A DNA stretch of 64,000 bases from Octopus vulgaris. Taxonomy: Eukaryota. The notes below the pieces were generated by a model. That model worked only from the letters and a program-made list of their open reading frames with translations. It searched no databases and was not told the origin of the DNA. This document shows, one piece after another, positions 40,178-54,308 of the stretch. Position 1 is the first letter of the stretch. Each line of letters opens with the position of its first letter. Location of the stretch: assembly GCA_951406725.2 (NCBI GenBank), contig OX597825.1, forward strand, positions 29,078,001 to 29,142,000, written 5' to 3'. The translations under genes were made by a program, and so were the position numbers.

Positions 40178-40180
<3 letters not shown>
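39915..40180. mobile_element. Asymmetric fold-back element in TA repeats (79-bp inverted arms plus about 70-bp tail)
   Basis: 39915-39993 is the reverse complement of 40031-40109 with 2 mismatches. (TA)n lies on both flanks. Confidence 0.85.
39948..40007 (-). ncRNA. Type I hammerhead-ribozyme-like motif (variant core)
   Basis: AGATAA-CCGAAGA-GATGTCG(13 nt)CGGCATC-T-GAA-ACT(CAG)AGT-T-TTATCT. Stem I is 6 bp, stem II 7 bp and stem III 3 bp. Deviations are U4C and one extra U before GAAA. Confidence 0.6.
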
Positions 40181-40240
<60 letters not shown>

Positions 40241-40758
40241 CACACACACACACGCACAGACACATATTGGTAAACTGGTTTGCGTGTCCTTTTCTCCATT
40301 GTGTATCCTTTTCTATACGTTCAATGCTGGACATAAGTCGCCACTTTGATTTTCTAACACAGTTCGCTATTCATTCGAATGTTCGAAATTACTGCAGTTA
40401 TAGAATTATGGATTGCACCGCACACTACGGTTATATTTGGAAAATCCGACTCAAACACGTGCCTCTGTATGTATGTGTTTCTGTATACACATACACACAC
40501 ACACTTATAATCACACAAACGCATACATACTTACATGTGTGTGTGTATACATATATACACATATGCATATTTGTACTTACATGAAAAAAAAGTAAATATA
40601 TAACATGAATATATATATATTGTGTGTATGTGTGTGAGCGAGCGTGAGTGGGTATGTACATGTAAAATTGGATCTGTGTCATACGTAGGAGGATGAAAGC
40701 AATGCAAAACAAAATCTCTTCCAATGCTTCGTTGCACACATTTATTGGGCACGAGTAC

Positions 40759-40793
<35 letters not shown>

Positions 40794-40801
40794 CACATAT
40801 A

Positions 40802-40832
<31 letters not shown>

Positions 40833-42388
40833 CATATATATACATATAATTAATAAATATATATATGTTTATATATATGTGCATATCTACGTTTTTATGT
40901 TAAGTAAATATACATACATACATATGTGAGTGCTGTACTCTACACATTTCTGCATTAATCTCCGGCATCAGACGAGAAATCCCTACTCTAATGGTGGTGT
41001 TGTGATGATGTCGGTCGCTTTATCATTGTAATCGTCCGCGTTATCGTCGTTTAATAATGATCGGTGTACGTGAATGGACGTGGGCAAAACGAGGAATATG
41101 GTTGCTTCAACAACTATTGTTCCCATGTAGCAAACATTTATTACCTTCGTGCATTATTTGCAATATTAATATAGACATCCATTGTGCTATAATTTTCACT
41201 GTCTTTTCCTCCCACGCAATCAGTTTTTTTTTTGTCTCTTATGAATGGATGTTGAATTTTACGACGAAAACGTACGTGGTTATTAACATAACCATATATG
41301 AGCGTGTATGTGTGTGTGTGTGTGTATTCATAGATATACATACAGAAGCCTCATAAATAATTTGCAACAAAGCTAAAATATTTGTATCTATTGATTCTAT
41401 AACGTCGACAGTAAGACATCATATTCCATTATTTGTCTGAAAATGTTAGACGAGTTGAGGTATACCAGTAGATCATCCATACATATTTGTACACGTACAG
41501 GAATGCATATATACATAGACAAACAGTAATATATGCGTGTGTGTATATATATATATATTTATTTATATATATAAATACATATACATACATATATACATAT
41601 ATATATATATGTGTGTATATATATATTGTAGGTATATAAGTATAAGTGTATAGGTATTTTATTTAAAGAGGCATATATAGATATATATATATATGTGTAT
41701 ATATGTATATGTTTATGCTTAAACTAATACAAACATCTGCTTATAGTATGTCTCTAATGTTTTGTGTACTTTTATGCTCATATGTACATAAACATTCTCT
41801 CATCCACACGTTCCTTTTGTATCAAAAGTCTTCGCTGCATATTTTATCAGTGGTACAGACTCGGCGATTAATAAAACGAGCGAAACAGGGTTTGTTTCTA
41901 TATAATATAACTTTATGACTCCGTTCCTAGACCGCTTCAAAGAACAAGGATCCACCACGCAATGTTTTCAGATGAAATCATAAAAATATTGGATAAGAAG
42001 AATATTTAGATTTAATGAAGCGTTGCATCTTGTAGGTTTATTTTGCTCTTCCTTTACTATCAAGTTTACGACGTTTCCCTACAATACGCCATCTTGTAGA
42101 AATAACGTATTTTATAGATATAGCCTGGTAATATTATAAGGTTTTACTTGCGAGACTTTAATGTCTGCTATGCTATGTTCTGTTCCCTATATAACGAAAC
42201 AGAACGAAAACAAAATCACGAAACAATAAAAAGAAAAGGAATCAAATGAATGAAAACAACGGTATTTCCCATAACAATAGCAACAACAACAATAATAATA
42301 ACAACGATGATAATTCTTTTAATCATGTTAAGCGAATAAAAGTGATAACAACGACAACTGTTATTACTATTATTCTCATTACTATTAC

Positions 42389-42425
<37 letters not shown>

Positions 42426-42519
42426 GTTGTTGTTGTTAGTTATTATTATTATTATTATTATTATTGTTGTTAGTTATTATTATTATTATTATTACCATTA
42501 TTATTATTATTATTATTAC

Positions 42520-42561
<42 letters not shown>

Positions 42562-42577
42562 CATCATTATTAATATT

Positions 42578-42648
<71 letters not shown>

Positions 42649-42985
42649 CATTATTATTATTTCTAATTTGGGGCTCAAGGCCAGGCCAGCAGTTTCGAGA
42701 TAAGGACATGGTCGATATTATCCAGTCCACTACTGGTCAGGGACTTTGTTTTCATTGACCGAAGAGAAATAAAAAAAGCAAAGATGACCTCGGCGACATT
42801 TCAACTCACCAGAACAAATATTGGTCAAGCATTTCCCTCCGATGCTCCTAACGATCCTGCGATTCCACTGTTTTCTTTTAGAATTGAGTCATAAGGCCAG
42901 AAAAGTTTTAGAAAGGTGTTAGTCAATTACTTTGACTGTATTACTTAACTTGTACAACAACGACAACAACAACAACAACAACAAC

Positions 42986-43047
<62 letters not shown>

Positions 43048-43090
43048 TAATAAAAAAAAAATATAAAAAAATAATAATAATAAAAAAAAA

Positions 43091-43302
43091 ATTCAGACAA
43101 ATACATAACAAAAACACCAGGACTTACAAACACATATAACATACAGAAAATTGCACTACTAGGCACTGCACACATCCTACGCAGAACACTTTCCATACAA
43201 TAACCATCAGCGCATCACAACAAATCACAGCACATACCCAAGGCACACAGAGCTGCGCTCAGAAGTGAAGTGAAAGCACGCTATAAAAATAAAACTACTG
43301 AA
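43091..43302 (+). mobile_element. L-A RLE LINE 3' end, 5'-truncated
   Basis: Near-identical to 8373-8590. TAA-type repeats on both sides. Confidence 0.92.
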
Positions 43303-43349
43303 TAATAATAATAATAACAATAACAATAATAATGATAGGAAGAAGGTGA

Positions 43350-44193
43350 AGTACGAGTTAAGTACTAGAGTCTACATAATCGACAGTTCCTTACCCTAAA
43401 ATTTCTGGATTTGTGTCTGTATAAGAAATTACGTGCAGTGGACGAATAGAATCGTAAGAGCGTCTTGAAATAAAACTTGTAGGGTTTGCTCCATATCTTT
43501 AAAGCTAACAGCCCAATTCCCCTGTGACTTACGTCTTTTGTTCGATAAGATACAAGTACCAGTCAAATTCTGATGTCGATTTAATCGACTATCTTCTTCT
43601 TGCAATTTTCCAGCCTTGTGCCTACAACGTTAGAAACGATTATTGAGAGCGACGAATCGGCAGAATCGATTGAGCGTCGGAAAAACGCTTTGTGGCATTT
43701 CTTCCACTTAATTACGTTCTAAGTTCGAAATAATCAGCAATGGTCGACTTTATATTTCATCCCCCTAGGGTCAATAAAATGAGCATCAACCACCTACAGC
43801 TGTCAATGCTATCGATTACTTCTCTCTCTCTCCCCTCTATTTGATAGCGTTTAGCATTAATCAGAAGCTTACAGAAACTGTTAGCACAAGCAACGAACTG
43901 GTAGAATCGATAGCGCATCAACCAAAGTGACCAGCGGCATTTTTTACGGCTGTACGTTCTAGGTTCAAGTCTAGCCGCAGTCAACTTTGCCTTTCATCCC
44001 TCAGGAGTAAATAATTTAAGTTAAATGTCAAGGACTGAGACAGGTGGTTTCGACTAAGCCCTTCCCTTCAAAATTGTTGGCTTTGTTCCAAAAATTTGAA
44101 ACCACTAAAAGCCGGTGAGCAAGCAGAATCGTTAGCATCCGTTCAACTTTTCGGGGTTGATGAAATAGTTTTCAGTCAAGTACTGGAGTCGAT
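43350..44193 (+). mobile_element. Run of old SINE family B fragments
   Basis: Several degenerate GCAGAATCGTTAG heads and TTTCATCC...GGTC.ATAAA cores. Confidence 0.65.
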
Positions 44194-44521
44194 GTAACTG
44201 GTACTTAATTTATCGACCCCGAAAGGATGAAAGACGAAGTCGACCTCGGCGGAATTTGAACTCAGAACGTAAAGACAAACGAAATACCTATTTCTTTACT
44301 ACCCACAAGGGGCTAAAAACACAGAGAGGACAAACATGGACAGACAAACGGATTAAGTCGATTATATCGACCCCAGTGCGTAACTGGTACTTATTTAATC
44401 GACCCCAAAAGGGTGAAAGGCAAAGTCGATCTCGGCGGAATTTGAACTCTGAACGTAACGGCAGACAAAATACGGCTACGCATTTCGCCCGGCGTGCTAA
44501 CGTTTCTGCCAGCTCGCCGCC
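44194..44521 (-). mobile_element. SINE family B2 with 1.5 body units
   Basis: Single head near 44520. GTAACTGGTAC at 44194 and 44380 gives a period of 186. Junction GAAATACCTATTTCTTTAC at 44281. Confidence 0.9.
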
Positions 44522-44534
44522 TGAGGAGTAGAGC

Positions 44535-44755
44535 TATTATTCTTTCCTGCTCTAGGCACAGGGCCCGAATTTTGGGGGAAGGGGGCCAGTCGATTATATC
44601 GACCTCAGTATGCAGCTGGTACTTAATTTATCGACCCCAAAAGGATGAAAGGCAAAGTAGACCCCGGCAGAAGTTGAACTGAGAACGTAAGGATAGACAA
44701 AATACGGCTCAACATTTTGTCCGACGTGCTAACAATTCCGCCAGCTCGCCGCCTT
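44535..44755 (-). mobile_element. SINE family B
   Basis: Full head, core and tail. Confidence 0.88.
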
Positions 44756-44805
44756 ATGAGTAGAATTATTATTATTATTATCATCATCATCATCACCATC
44801 ATCAC

Positions 44806-44916
<111 letters not shown>

Positions 44917-44990
44917 CATTATTATTATTATTATCATCATCATCATCATCATCATTATTATTATTATTATTATCGTCATCATCATCATCA

Positions 44991-45030
<40 letters not shown>

Positions 45031-45052
45031 CATTATTATTATTATCATTATT

Positions 45053-45150
<98 letters not shown>

Positions 45151-45159
45151 AGCAACAAG

Positions 45160-45365
45160 TTAGCAGAATCATTATTACGCCGAACAAAACGCTAAGTGGC
45201 ATTTCGTCCGTCTCTTGGTTCTGAGCTCAAATTCCACCGAGGTCGGCATTGCCTTTTATCCTCTTCAGCTTAATAAAATAAGTACCGCTTGAGCACTGGG
45301 GTCGATGTAATTCGACATACTCCCTCTTTGAAATTGGTGAACTTGTACCAAAATTTAAAGCCATT
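45160..45365 (+). mobile_element. SINE family B
   Basis: Head, core and tail, in opposite orientation to 44535-44755. Confidence 0.8.
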
Positions 45366-46193
45366 AATTATTCTTATTAGTTGTTGTCGTTCTTGTGGTT
45401 TATTACTGTCTCCCCCCCCCTATATATGCGACAAATGAAGCAAAAACAAAAAGAAGAAATAAATGCACCGTTATGGCTTCTACGATGCAATTTGTCTAAA
45501 GGAACTCTCGCTCGCCCTGAGATATTATTATTAATACAGTTCAAGGGCTTCCTTTCGTGTCTGCCTCCATTCATTTGCTTCCTTCCTTCCTTCTTGCTCC
45601 CAGCCTGAACAGCGGGGGAGGGAAGAGTAAAAAAAAAAAAAAAAAAAGCAACACAACACTGCAATTATTAGTATAGAGATTGAAGTTGAAATCTCTGTTG
45701 CAAACCAGGTCATAACTCCATGCTGACATTAATTTCTACGCAAATGTGACAATTCGCTTGATCACGATGTTTTTAATGATGTCGTTTAAAAAGAGCGTCT
45801 GTGCAATTTAATTATCGTCTTCTTTACCGTTACCGTCGTCAATTTTGAGGACTTTTAGTCAAATGGAGGGAAAACTTCAGAAGAAGAAATTACATCAAAG
45901 GTAAATCTGGACAGTAATTTATTTCTTCTCATATCGCAAGCTATTTTTATAGCATTTGCATCTCTCTTGTCTTTTTGCCATCTTCTTTCTCTATGACTGT
46001 TTTCGAAGAGCCTATTTTTTTTTTTTGCTTTTGTTTTTTGTAAATTGAGTAAAGGAAAGAAAGAAGGCAAGAAGGGGGGGGGATATTCCTGATATGGAAC
46101 TATTTTTGCCAATGGAATTTGTTAATGGAAACAATCTTCAGTCGTACACTGCAGGTCTGATACATACATACATGTGTATATGTGCATATATAC

Positions 46194-46309
<116 letters not shown>

Positions 46310-46336
46310 GTATATATATATATGTATATATATATG

Positions 46337-46387
<51 letters not shown>

Positions 46388-46397
46388 TTGTTTAGTA

Positions 46398-46437
<40 letters not shown>

Positions 46438-47216
46438 AACATACTTAAATGTGTATATATATATATTTGTATGTATTTGCATATATATACATATATACAT
46501 AAATTTGTGTGTGTGTGCGGTGCCTGTGTGTTTTATACTCCTAAGAACACCGGATGCATAAATTCGTAAATGGTGTATCGCTATTTAGAATTTCGTTGTA
46601 AACTTAACGTGGAATATGTGAAACGGATTCGGTTATAAACTTCCATCTGACAGATCTAAGAAAAATTTCATAAATAAATAAATAATAACGCACCCGCACA
46701 TATACACTCACAGTCGTCTGTGTATACACAATGTTCCTCTTCCTGAACAATTAAACAGTTATTCACAGCTGGTTTCTAAATTTCGACTGATCAAAGCAAT
46801 GTTTAACATTAGCAAAATGAATAACTAGCATGAAAATCTTAAGAAAGGGGCGAAAGAAAAAGGAAAAGGAAAAGGAGTTATCAGAAAGAGAAATAAAAAT
46901 CAATAACGAGGACGACGACGCTAAAGGTGGTCTCTGACAACGGTGATTATGATGATGATGATGATAATGATGATAACGCTGACAGCGATGAGGATGATAA
47001 TGATGATGATGATGATGACGACGACTGATGAATATGATTGGTGGTGGGAGTGATGATGATGATGACGATAACGTCGACGTCGTTGATGATGATGTTGATG
47101 GCTGTGATGATGATGAAGATGATGATGATGACGACGACAACACGATGAGGATAATGAAGATGATGGTGATGGCTGTGATGATGATGATTGCGACGACGAC
47201 GACGACGATGAAGATA

Positions 47217-47264
<48 letters not shown>

Positions 47265-47408
47265 GCTGTGATGATGATGATGGCGACGACGACGACGATT
47301 AGGATAATGATGATGATGACGACGACGAGGAGGATAATGATGATGATGATGATGGCGACGACGACGACGATTAGGATAATGATGATGATGACGACGACGA
47401 GGCGGATA

Positions 47409-47450
<42 letters not shown>

Positions 47451-48041
47451 GCTGTGATGCTGATGATGACGACGACGACTAGGAGGATGATGATGATGAT
47501 GATGACGACGACGACTAGGAGGATGATGATGATGATGATGATGATGGCTGGGATGATGATGACGACGACGACGACGACGATGATGACTGATGAGGACGCT
47601 GTTGGTGGTGGTAGTGATGATGATAATGACGATTACGACAACGACGATTATGTTGATCATGATGGTGATGCCTATGACGACGAGACGACGACAATGGTGG
47701 TGATGACAATGATTATGTTGACAACGAAGACGACGATCACAATGGGTTTGATCGACCATTAAAAAAAAAGGAAATTATCCTTTTCTTTTCTTTCTTTCTT
47801 TTAACATTGGCACAAATCCACGAAGTCATAACATAGGGGCACATCTGATTAAAAATCGATTCCAGTTCATGACTTGTATTTCCTTTATCGAAAACGAAAT
47901 GAGGGCTTGAGAATCGAAGTCGATTCAAGCCAGGGATTTTAACGCTGAAGATGAGGCGTTTTCAATTGAACTGTGTAACACAGCAATCTTCCATTTCTAC
48001 CAGTTTACTCTTCTAAAAGTTCTACTACTACTACGACTATG

Positions 48042-48072
<31 letters not shown>

Positions 48073-48755
48073 TTACTGCTACTGCAGTTCCACCCCTCTC
48101 CTCTTCTTCTTCCTCTTCTTCTCCTTCCTCATCTTCTTCTCCTTCCTCTTCTTCCTCCTCCTCTTCTTCTCCTTCCTCTTCTTACTCCTCTTCTTCTTAC
48201 TCCTCTTCTTCTACCTCCTCCTCTTCTTCTTCTTCTTCTTCTTCTTCTTCTTCTTCTTCCTCCTCATCCTCCTGCTCCCCTCCCCCTCCTCCTCTTCCTA
48301 CTACTACTACTACTACTACTACTGATGCTGCTACCACAATTATACTAATAATAATTAGAACAACGATGATGATGATGATGATGATGATGATAGCGACGAG
48401 ACGACGATTCTGAGTTAAATGATAAAAGTAAGATCGTGGGTAGCTCTATTGTAGCCGTCTCAGTAATAAATTAGGAGTTGTGATATTCTTTTAATTGATC
48501 GCTAATTGAACGAGCAAAGCAATACACAAAACCAAGAAAATATAATGACTGAATTTAAACTGCACCACAAAAAATGTGACATGGAATTATTCCATGTGCT
48601 ATAATTACAAAATGGTAGAAGTCTGATGTAACTAGAAAGGTCTTCTAACATATCGAGTGTAGAATAGAAAAGTCCCTAATGGCAAATAATAAAAACTAAT
48701 ACAATCCCGATACAGTTTTCTGCCTTAAAGGAGGCCTGTAGATAGAAAAAAAAAT

Positions 48756-48805
48756 AGTGGATCTGGTAAACGGAAACTGAAAGAAGCTCGTCGTATATAT
48801 ATATA

Positions 48806-48898
<93 letters not shown>

Positions 48899-49090
48899 TT
48901 GTATGTCTGTTTGACCCCCCAACATCGCTAGACAACCGATGCTAGAGCACCACATTTAGTCGAGCAAATCGTCTCCAGGACTTATTCTTTGTACGCCTAG
49001 TACTTATTCTATCGGCCTCTTTTGCCGAACCACTAAGTTACGGGGCGTAAACACACCAGCATCGGTTGTCAAGCGATGTTGGGGGGACAA

Positions 49091-49121
<31 letters not shown>

Positions 49122-49296
49122 CAAATATACATATATACGACGAGCTTCTTTCAGTTTCCGTATACCAAATCCACTGACAAGGCTTTGGTCAGTCTGCGGC
49201 TATAGTAGAAGACACTTGCCCAAGGTGCCACGCAGTGGGACTGAACCCGGAACCATGTGGTTGGTAAGCAAGCTACTTACCACACAGCCACTCCTG
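48756..49296 (-). mobile_element. SINE family A with its tail replaced by an inverted copy of its own body
   Basis: 48756-48943 is the reverse complement of 49058-49175 apart from microsatellite length and a few substitutions. The junction is at ATGCT. Confidence 0.88.
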
Positions 49297-49982
49297 TAGA
49301 TGATGTAGCAATATTCTTGCCTGGGAAAAAAAGAGAGGAGTGGGTGGGGAAGAAACCTTACTTGTCGACTTCAGAACAGAACACGAGCGCTGGTTCTTTG
49401 GGTCTTCATAGAGCTACAATGTCTTGCTACGAAAGGCTTTTGTTGCTGTTGTCGACCTCTCTCCTCTACCACTTACTCCTCGTTGTCACTACTACAAATG
49501 ACAGAGGAACGAGCCTGGTCGCTCATATCTTGGATCCCTCTGCCTCCTCTTCTCCAAGCAGTTCAATACAAAATATCTTCAGAAATCAGTTAAGTCTATT
49601 TGAACTGCACCTTGAATTTCGTATCTTTCCTGGCTACACTCTCAACAGAGCACAGCTTCGGTATAGCACTGGTTTTTCAAAAGTCATTAGAATATTAAAG
49701 TACCCTTGACCACACACATCCTCTCCTCACGCCTGCATTGGTCATCCGTCTCAAATCTCATACAAATATATTAACTAGCCAAGGTGCCAATGTTATGACC
49801 GCTACCTCTGTCGGTCAGCGTTGTATTTCGTAGGTCCAGGTTTTTTGCAACACAAGTAAGATCGAGTGTGTGCCTTACAATTTCAACTTGACTTTTAGCC
49901 ATTTTCTCAGTTCTAAATAGTACATAATCCCAAATAATACTTTCCTTTTTCTCGTTTGACGGCAAGATCTTGCAAACTTTTT

Positions 49983-50122
<140 letters not shown>

Positions 50123-50386
50123 CGATGAATAGCCTTCGCGTAAACCACTGGTTCGTTTTGTTCTCTTACTTTATTATCATCTTATAATCATCTCATAATA
50201 ATGACCTTTATGACTCGTATTACTACCTCAGTCAATCTAAATGTATATATTTGTCACTACCTGTCATAAATAGCCTTTTTCTATTTGCAATATGCATTTT
50301 TGTTGATTTTTCATATTTTACCCTTACATTTCTCCGTGTATTTTATATTTTTTATTTTATATTTTCTTTTCGTAACATATTTCTAC

Positions 50387-50435
<49 letters not shown>

Positions 50436-50981
50436 AGGATCTTTGTGGTTATCATCACTCTCTACAATTCTATTCCAATTGCTCGCAGATTTTAAATATT
50501 TAATTTACTCGCGAATCTTTTAATATTTTTCACTATATACTGCAGCTAGTTTAATGATTGACATGCCTCCACAAATCCCGCTTTCTCGCTATTGTGACGG
50601 ATGATGGAAGAAGCAGCGAATGTGCTGCTTTCTGATTGGCTGAAAATTTTTTTAAATTATCAAATTTTGAACACCTGTAACATTTTTGCAAAATTTTTCG
50701 AGAATAAATGAATAACAAATTCAGATTCAGCGTCAAAAATTACATCTATATGATATATTAAAATTGTTGGGTTTTTTTTAAAGATTTCGACATGTAATGA
50801 AAATAACTACAAAAATCTTATATATATATATATAGAGAGAGAGAGATAGAGAGAGAGAGAGAGCGTGTGTGTGTGTGTGAGTGAGATATAGATAGATAGG
50901 TATGTATGTATGTATGTATGTGTCCTGCTTCATGGCCATTTCATGGATGCATTTATTAGGAGACTAGATATCGTTCTTCGC

Positions 50982-51556
50982 AAGGCATTGGCCGGCCCGA
51001 GGCTATAGTAGAAAACAGTTGCCCAAGATGTCACGCAGTGGGACTGAACCCAGAACTATGTGGTTGGAAACAATGCTTCTTACCACACGACCACGCCTGC
51101 TCCTATACACAGCTACGCCTGCGCCTATATATATATGTGTGTGTATATATATATATATTTTTTTTTACTTGTTTCAGTAATTTTGAGTGCGGCCATGCTG
51201 GTGCACCGCCTTTAATCGAGCAACTCGACCCCGGGACTTATTTTTTGTAAGCCCAGTACTTATTCTATCGGTCTTTTGCCGAACCGCTAAGTAACGGGGA
51301 CATAAACACACCAGCATCGATTGTCAAGCAATGCTAGGGGGACAAACACAGACACACAAACATACACGCACATGCATATATATACATATATACGACGGGC
51401 TTCTTTCAGTTTCCGTCTAGCAAATCCACTCACAAGGCTTTGGTCAGCCCGAGGCTATAGTAGAAGACACTTGCCCAAGGTGCTACGCAGTGGGAATGAA
51501 CCCGGAACCATGTGGTTGGGTAGAAAGCTACTTACCACACAGTCACTCCTGCGCCT
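50982..51556 (-). mobile_element. SINE family A: head fragment (50982-51126) and full copy (51163-51556)
   Basis: Both match family A. Confidence 0.9.
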
Positions 51557-51576
51557 ATATATGTATATATATATAT

Positions 51577-51975
51577 AAATTAGAGATAAAACCACTATTA
51601 TGCAACTCAAATAGTGATAGACATAAACCAAAACATAAATAACAAATATTATATATTTTTATAAAACATATAACTAGATCTCAAAAAGTATAAAAATGAA
51701 TGAATATATAAGTAATAAGTAATAAGTAAAAAGTAGAGAGAGAGAGCGCGAGAGAGAGAAAGAGGATAGAGAGAGAGGGGATAGAGAGAGGGGGGATAGA
51801 GAGAGAGGGGGATAGAGAGCGAGAGAGAGAGAGAGAGAGAGAAACAGAGAGAGAGCGACAGAGAAAGAATATTATAGAATATTAAAGTTATACCTTCCAA
51901 GTGATCAGAATTTTACTCTTGGTTTCGTACCGACTATTGCACTTAACAATATTGATAACTCATCAGAGATGCTGG
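51577..51975 (-). mobile_element. Penelope-like pLTR-type element with hammerhead motif at 51910-51970
   Basis: Minus strand reads ATCT-CTGATGA-G(TTATCAATATTG TTAAGTG CAATAGTCGGTA)C-GAA-AC(CAAGA)GT-A-AAAT. Canonical core and GUA site. The end at 51577 matches the 59664 element and abuts TA repeats. Confidence 0.65.
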
Positions 51976-52922
51976 TTGCAACAGTCTGTATGCATTAAAC
52001 AGTCATACGCCATAAGCAGTCATACATTGCTCTTTCATGATACAACAATTATTCTTACGTTAATTCAATAAAGACTTGTCTTTCAAGACGAGTAACAGAA
52101 CCAAAATTATTTTGTGAAGATTTTCGACGGTGATGTTTGAGTAGAATTTGTTTTCACCGTCATCGTGGCTGTTACTGCCAGTGTTATCATTTAAATGCTG
52201 TGTTTCCGTTATAATAATCCCTATAGGATACCTTTTTTTCTTTATTCCTTGCGCTGTGCATATTAATGCATTCTCGCCATTTTATTTCCTTCAGTACTAG
52301 CGATTGATCATAGCTTAAGAATACTCTTGTGATCTGTGGGAGTCAGAAGGGCTTGAAAACACAACGATTAATTTAGGGTTAATTTGGGGAGCATGAAATC
52401 ACTAACAAGAAATAATTATACGATAAAGAAAAAAAAAACACATTGGTTGATGACTAATTTTTCCATTTTTCAGCAAGGAGAGGAGGACAATTCCAAATAC
52501 GTTTCGATTTCATGGCCTTAGTAGAAAAACATTGCCTTTACTATACCTGAAGAAAGATTCTGTAAATAAATGTATAATATTGTGTTCTGGTTGACTTTGG
52601 AATACAGAACTGCATCGAGAATAAACAGTTGGGAAACGCCGCACACCTGGCAAATAATAGTTCAGGTAATATTGATGTATTTAATGCAAAGAGCATTAAA
52701 AAGCTAAGTGGAATTAATTGTCGATTCCTTAATCATTCATATGAGTAATGATGGCTTCAAAGCGTGAAGGGAAATGACGGTGAATCCCTTTGAGATCATG
52801 AAATAATTAAACGAATAAAGTTCGCTAATTAATTCATTTGTTATTCTACAGCGTGTTTATATAAGTTTATCACTAACATTATTATCAAAATGCTATATAC
52901 ATACGTACATATGTGTACGTGC

Positions 52923-52986
<64 letters not shown>

Positions 52987-53892
52987 GACCACACGTACTC
53001 AATGAACATGCCGTGCTTGATTGCCGGTAGCCTACGATTTATTGCGGTGGGGATGACTCCCTCAAAACACTGGACGTTAAAATAGACAGGCGAGACGACC
53101 GGCCCCAAATCCCATCCAGGAGCGCGATGGAACTTGCATTGTAGCAAACTATGTATGTTTGTGAAATATTTACAAACAAAAATCTATTTTCTTGGTATAA
53201 AATAATCACTGAATAATTAAATAAGCATTTTTTTTTATTTATTTCTCAAAAGCAGTTAATTTGTAGTTTCGAATAGAAATTATATTTTTGGAAGTATTTC
53301 AAACATGAGTATATTAACCGGCGAAAACTCACTTTTGACTTTCTTTGAAATGTCATGATACAATATGAGTTCGGAAACCATTGAAAATGTGCAGAACACA
53401 CACACTTAGACAGTTTTATATTGGAAGGACCGAAACAAAAGCAACTCATTAGATAATTTTCGGCTAGTAAATGTTCTTGACAACGCTGATGTTGAAATTC
53501 TTCCCAAGAGGCACAGCGGGAAGTATTAATAAATAGTATTAATTAATAAATATCTAGACGTCTAGATTAAATTGCAATCAGAGAAGCTGTTTCATAGAAA
53601 CAACAGCGGAAACAAGGACAAGATAAATCAATTAATACACGAGAATTATAAAAAGCGTAATAAAAACGTCACAATAGCATGGATCGATAATAAAGTGCTG
53701 ATTTCTCGTTTCTAACAAAATAGAATGTTTTAAGATAATAGGAGCAAAAGAAAGCATAAGGAAATTGATACTTTCTGATAAACAAGATCACTTACTAGAA
53801 AAGAAAACAAGCATTTTATTTTGATGATTTGCTATCGTGTTTATTCTTTAGTTTGTATATGTGAGCAGAAGGGGATCCAGTCGTGACCATAT

Positions 53893-54308
53893 CTATTTCT
53901 TTACTACTCACGAGGGGCTAAACACGGAGGGGACAAACAAGGACAGACAAACGGATTAAGGCGATTAGATCGACCCCAGTGCGTAACTGGTACTTAATTT
54001 ATCGAACCCCGAAAGGATGAAAAGCAAAGTCGACCTCGGCGGAATTTGAACTCAGAACGTAGCGGCAGACGAAATACCTATTTCTTTACTACCCACGAGG
54101 GGCTAAACACAGAGAGGACAAACAGGGACAGACAAACGGATTAAGGCGATTAGATCGACCCCAGTGCGTAACTGGTACTTAATTTATCGACCCCGAAAGG
54201 ATGAAAGGCAAAGTCGACCTCGGCGGAATTTGAGCTCAGAACGTAACGGCAGACGAATTACGGCTACGCATTTCGCCCGGCGTGCTAACGATTCTGCCAG
54301 CTCGCCGT
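53893..54308 (-). mobile_element. SINE family B2 with 2 body units
   Basis: One head. Units start at 53893 and 54078 (period 185). Same junction as at 44281. Confidence 0.92.

Noticed and set aside
49257-49709. 150-aa ORF
   Set aside because: It begins inside a SINE head, and the remainder has no recognisable domain (possibly decayed LINE sequence).
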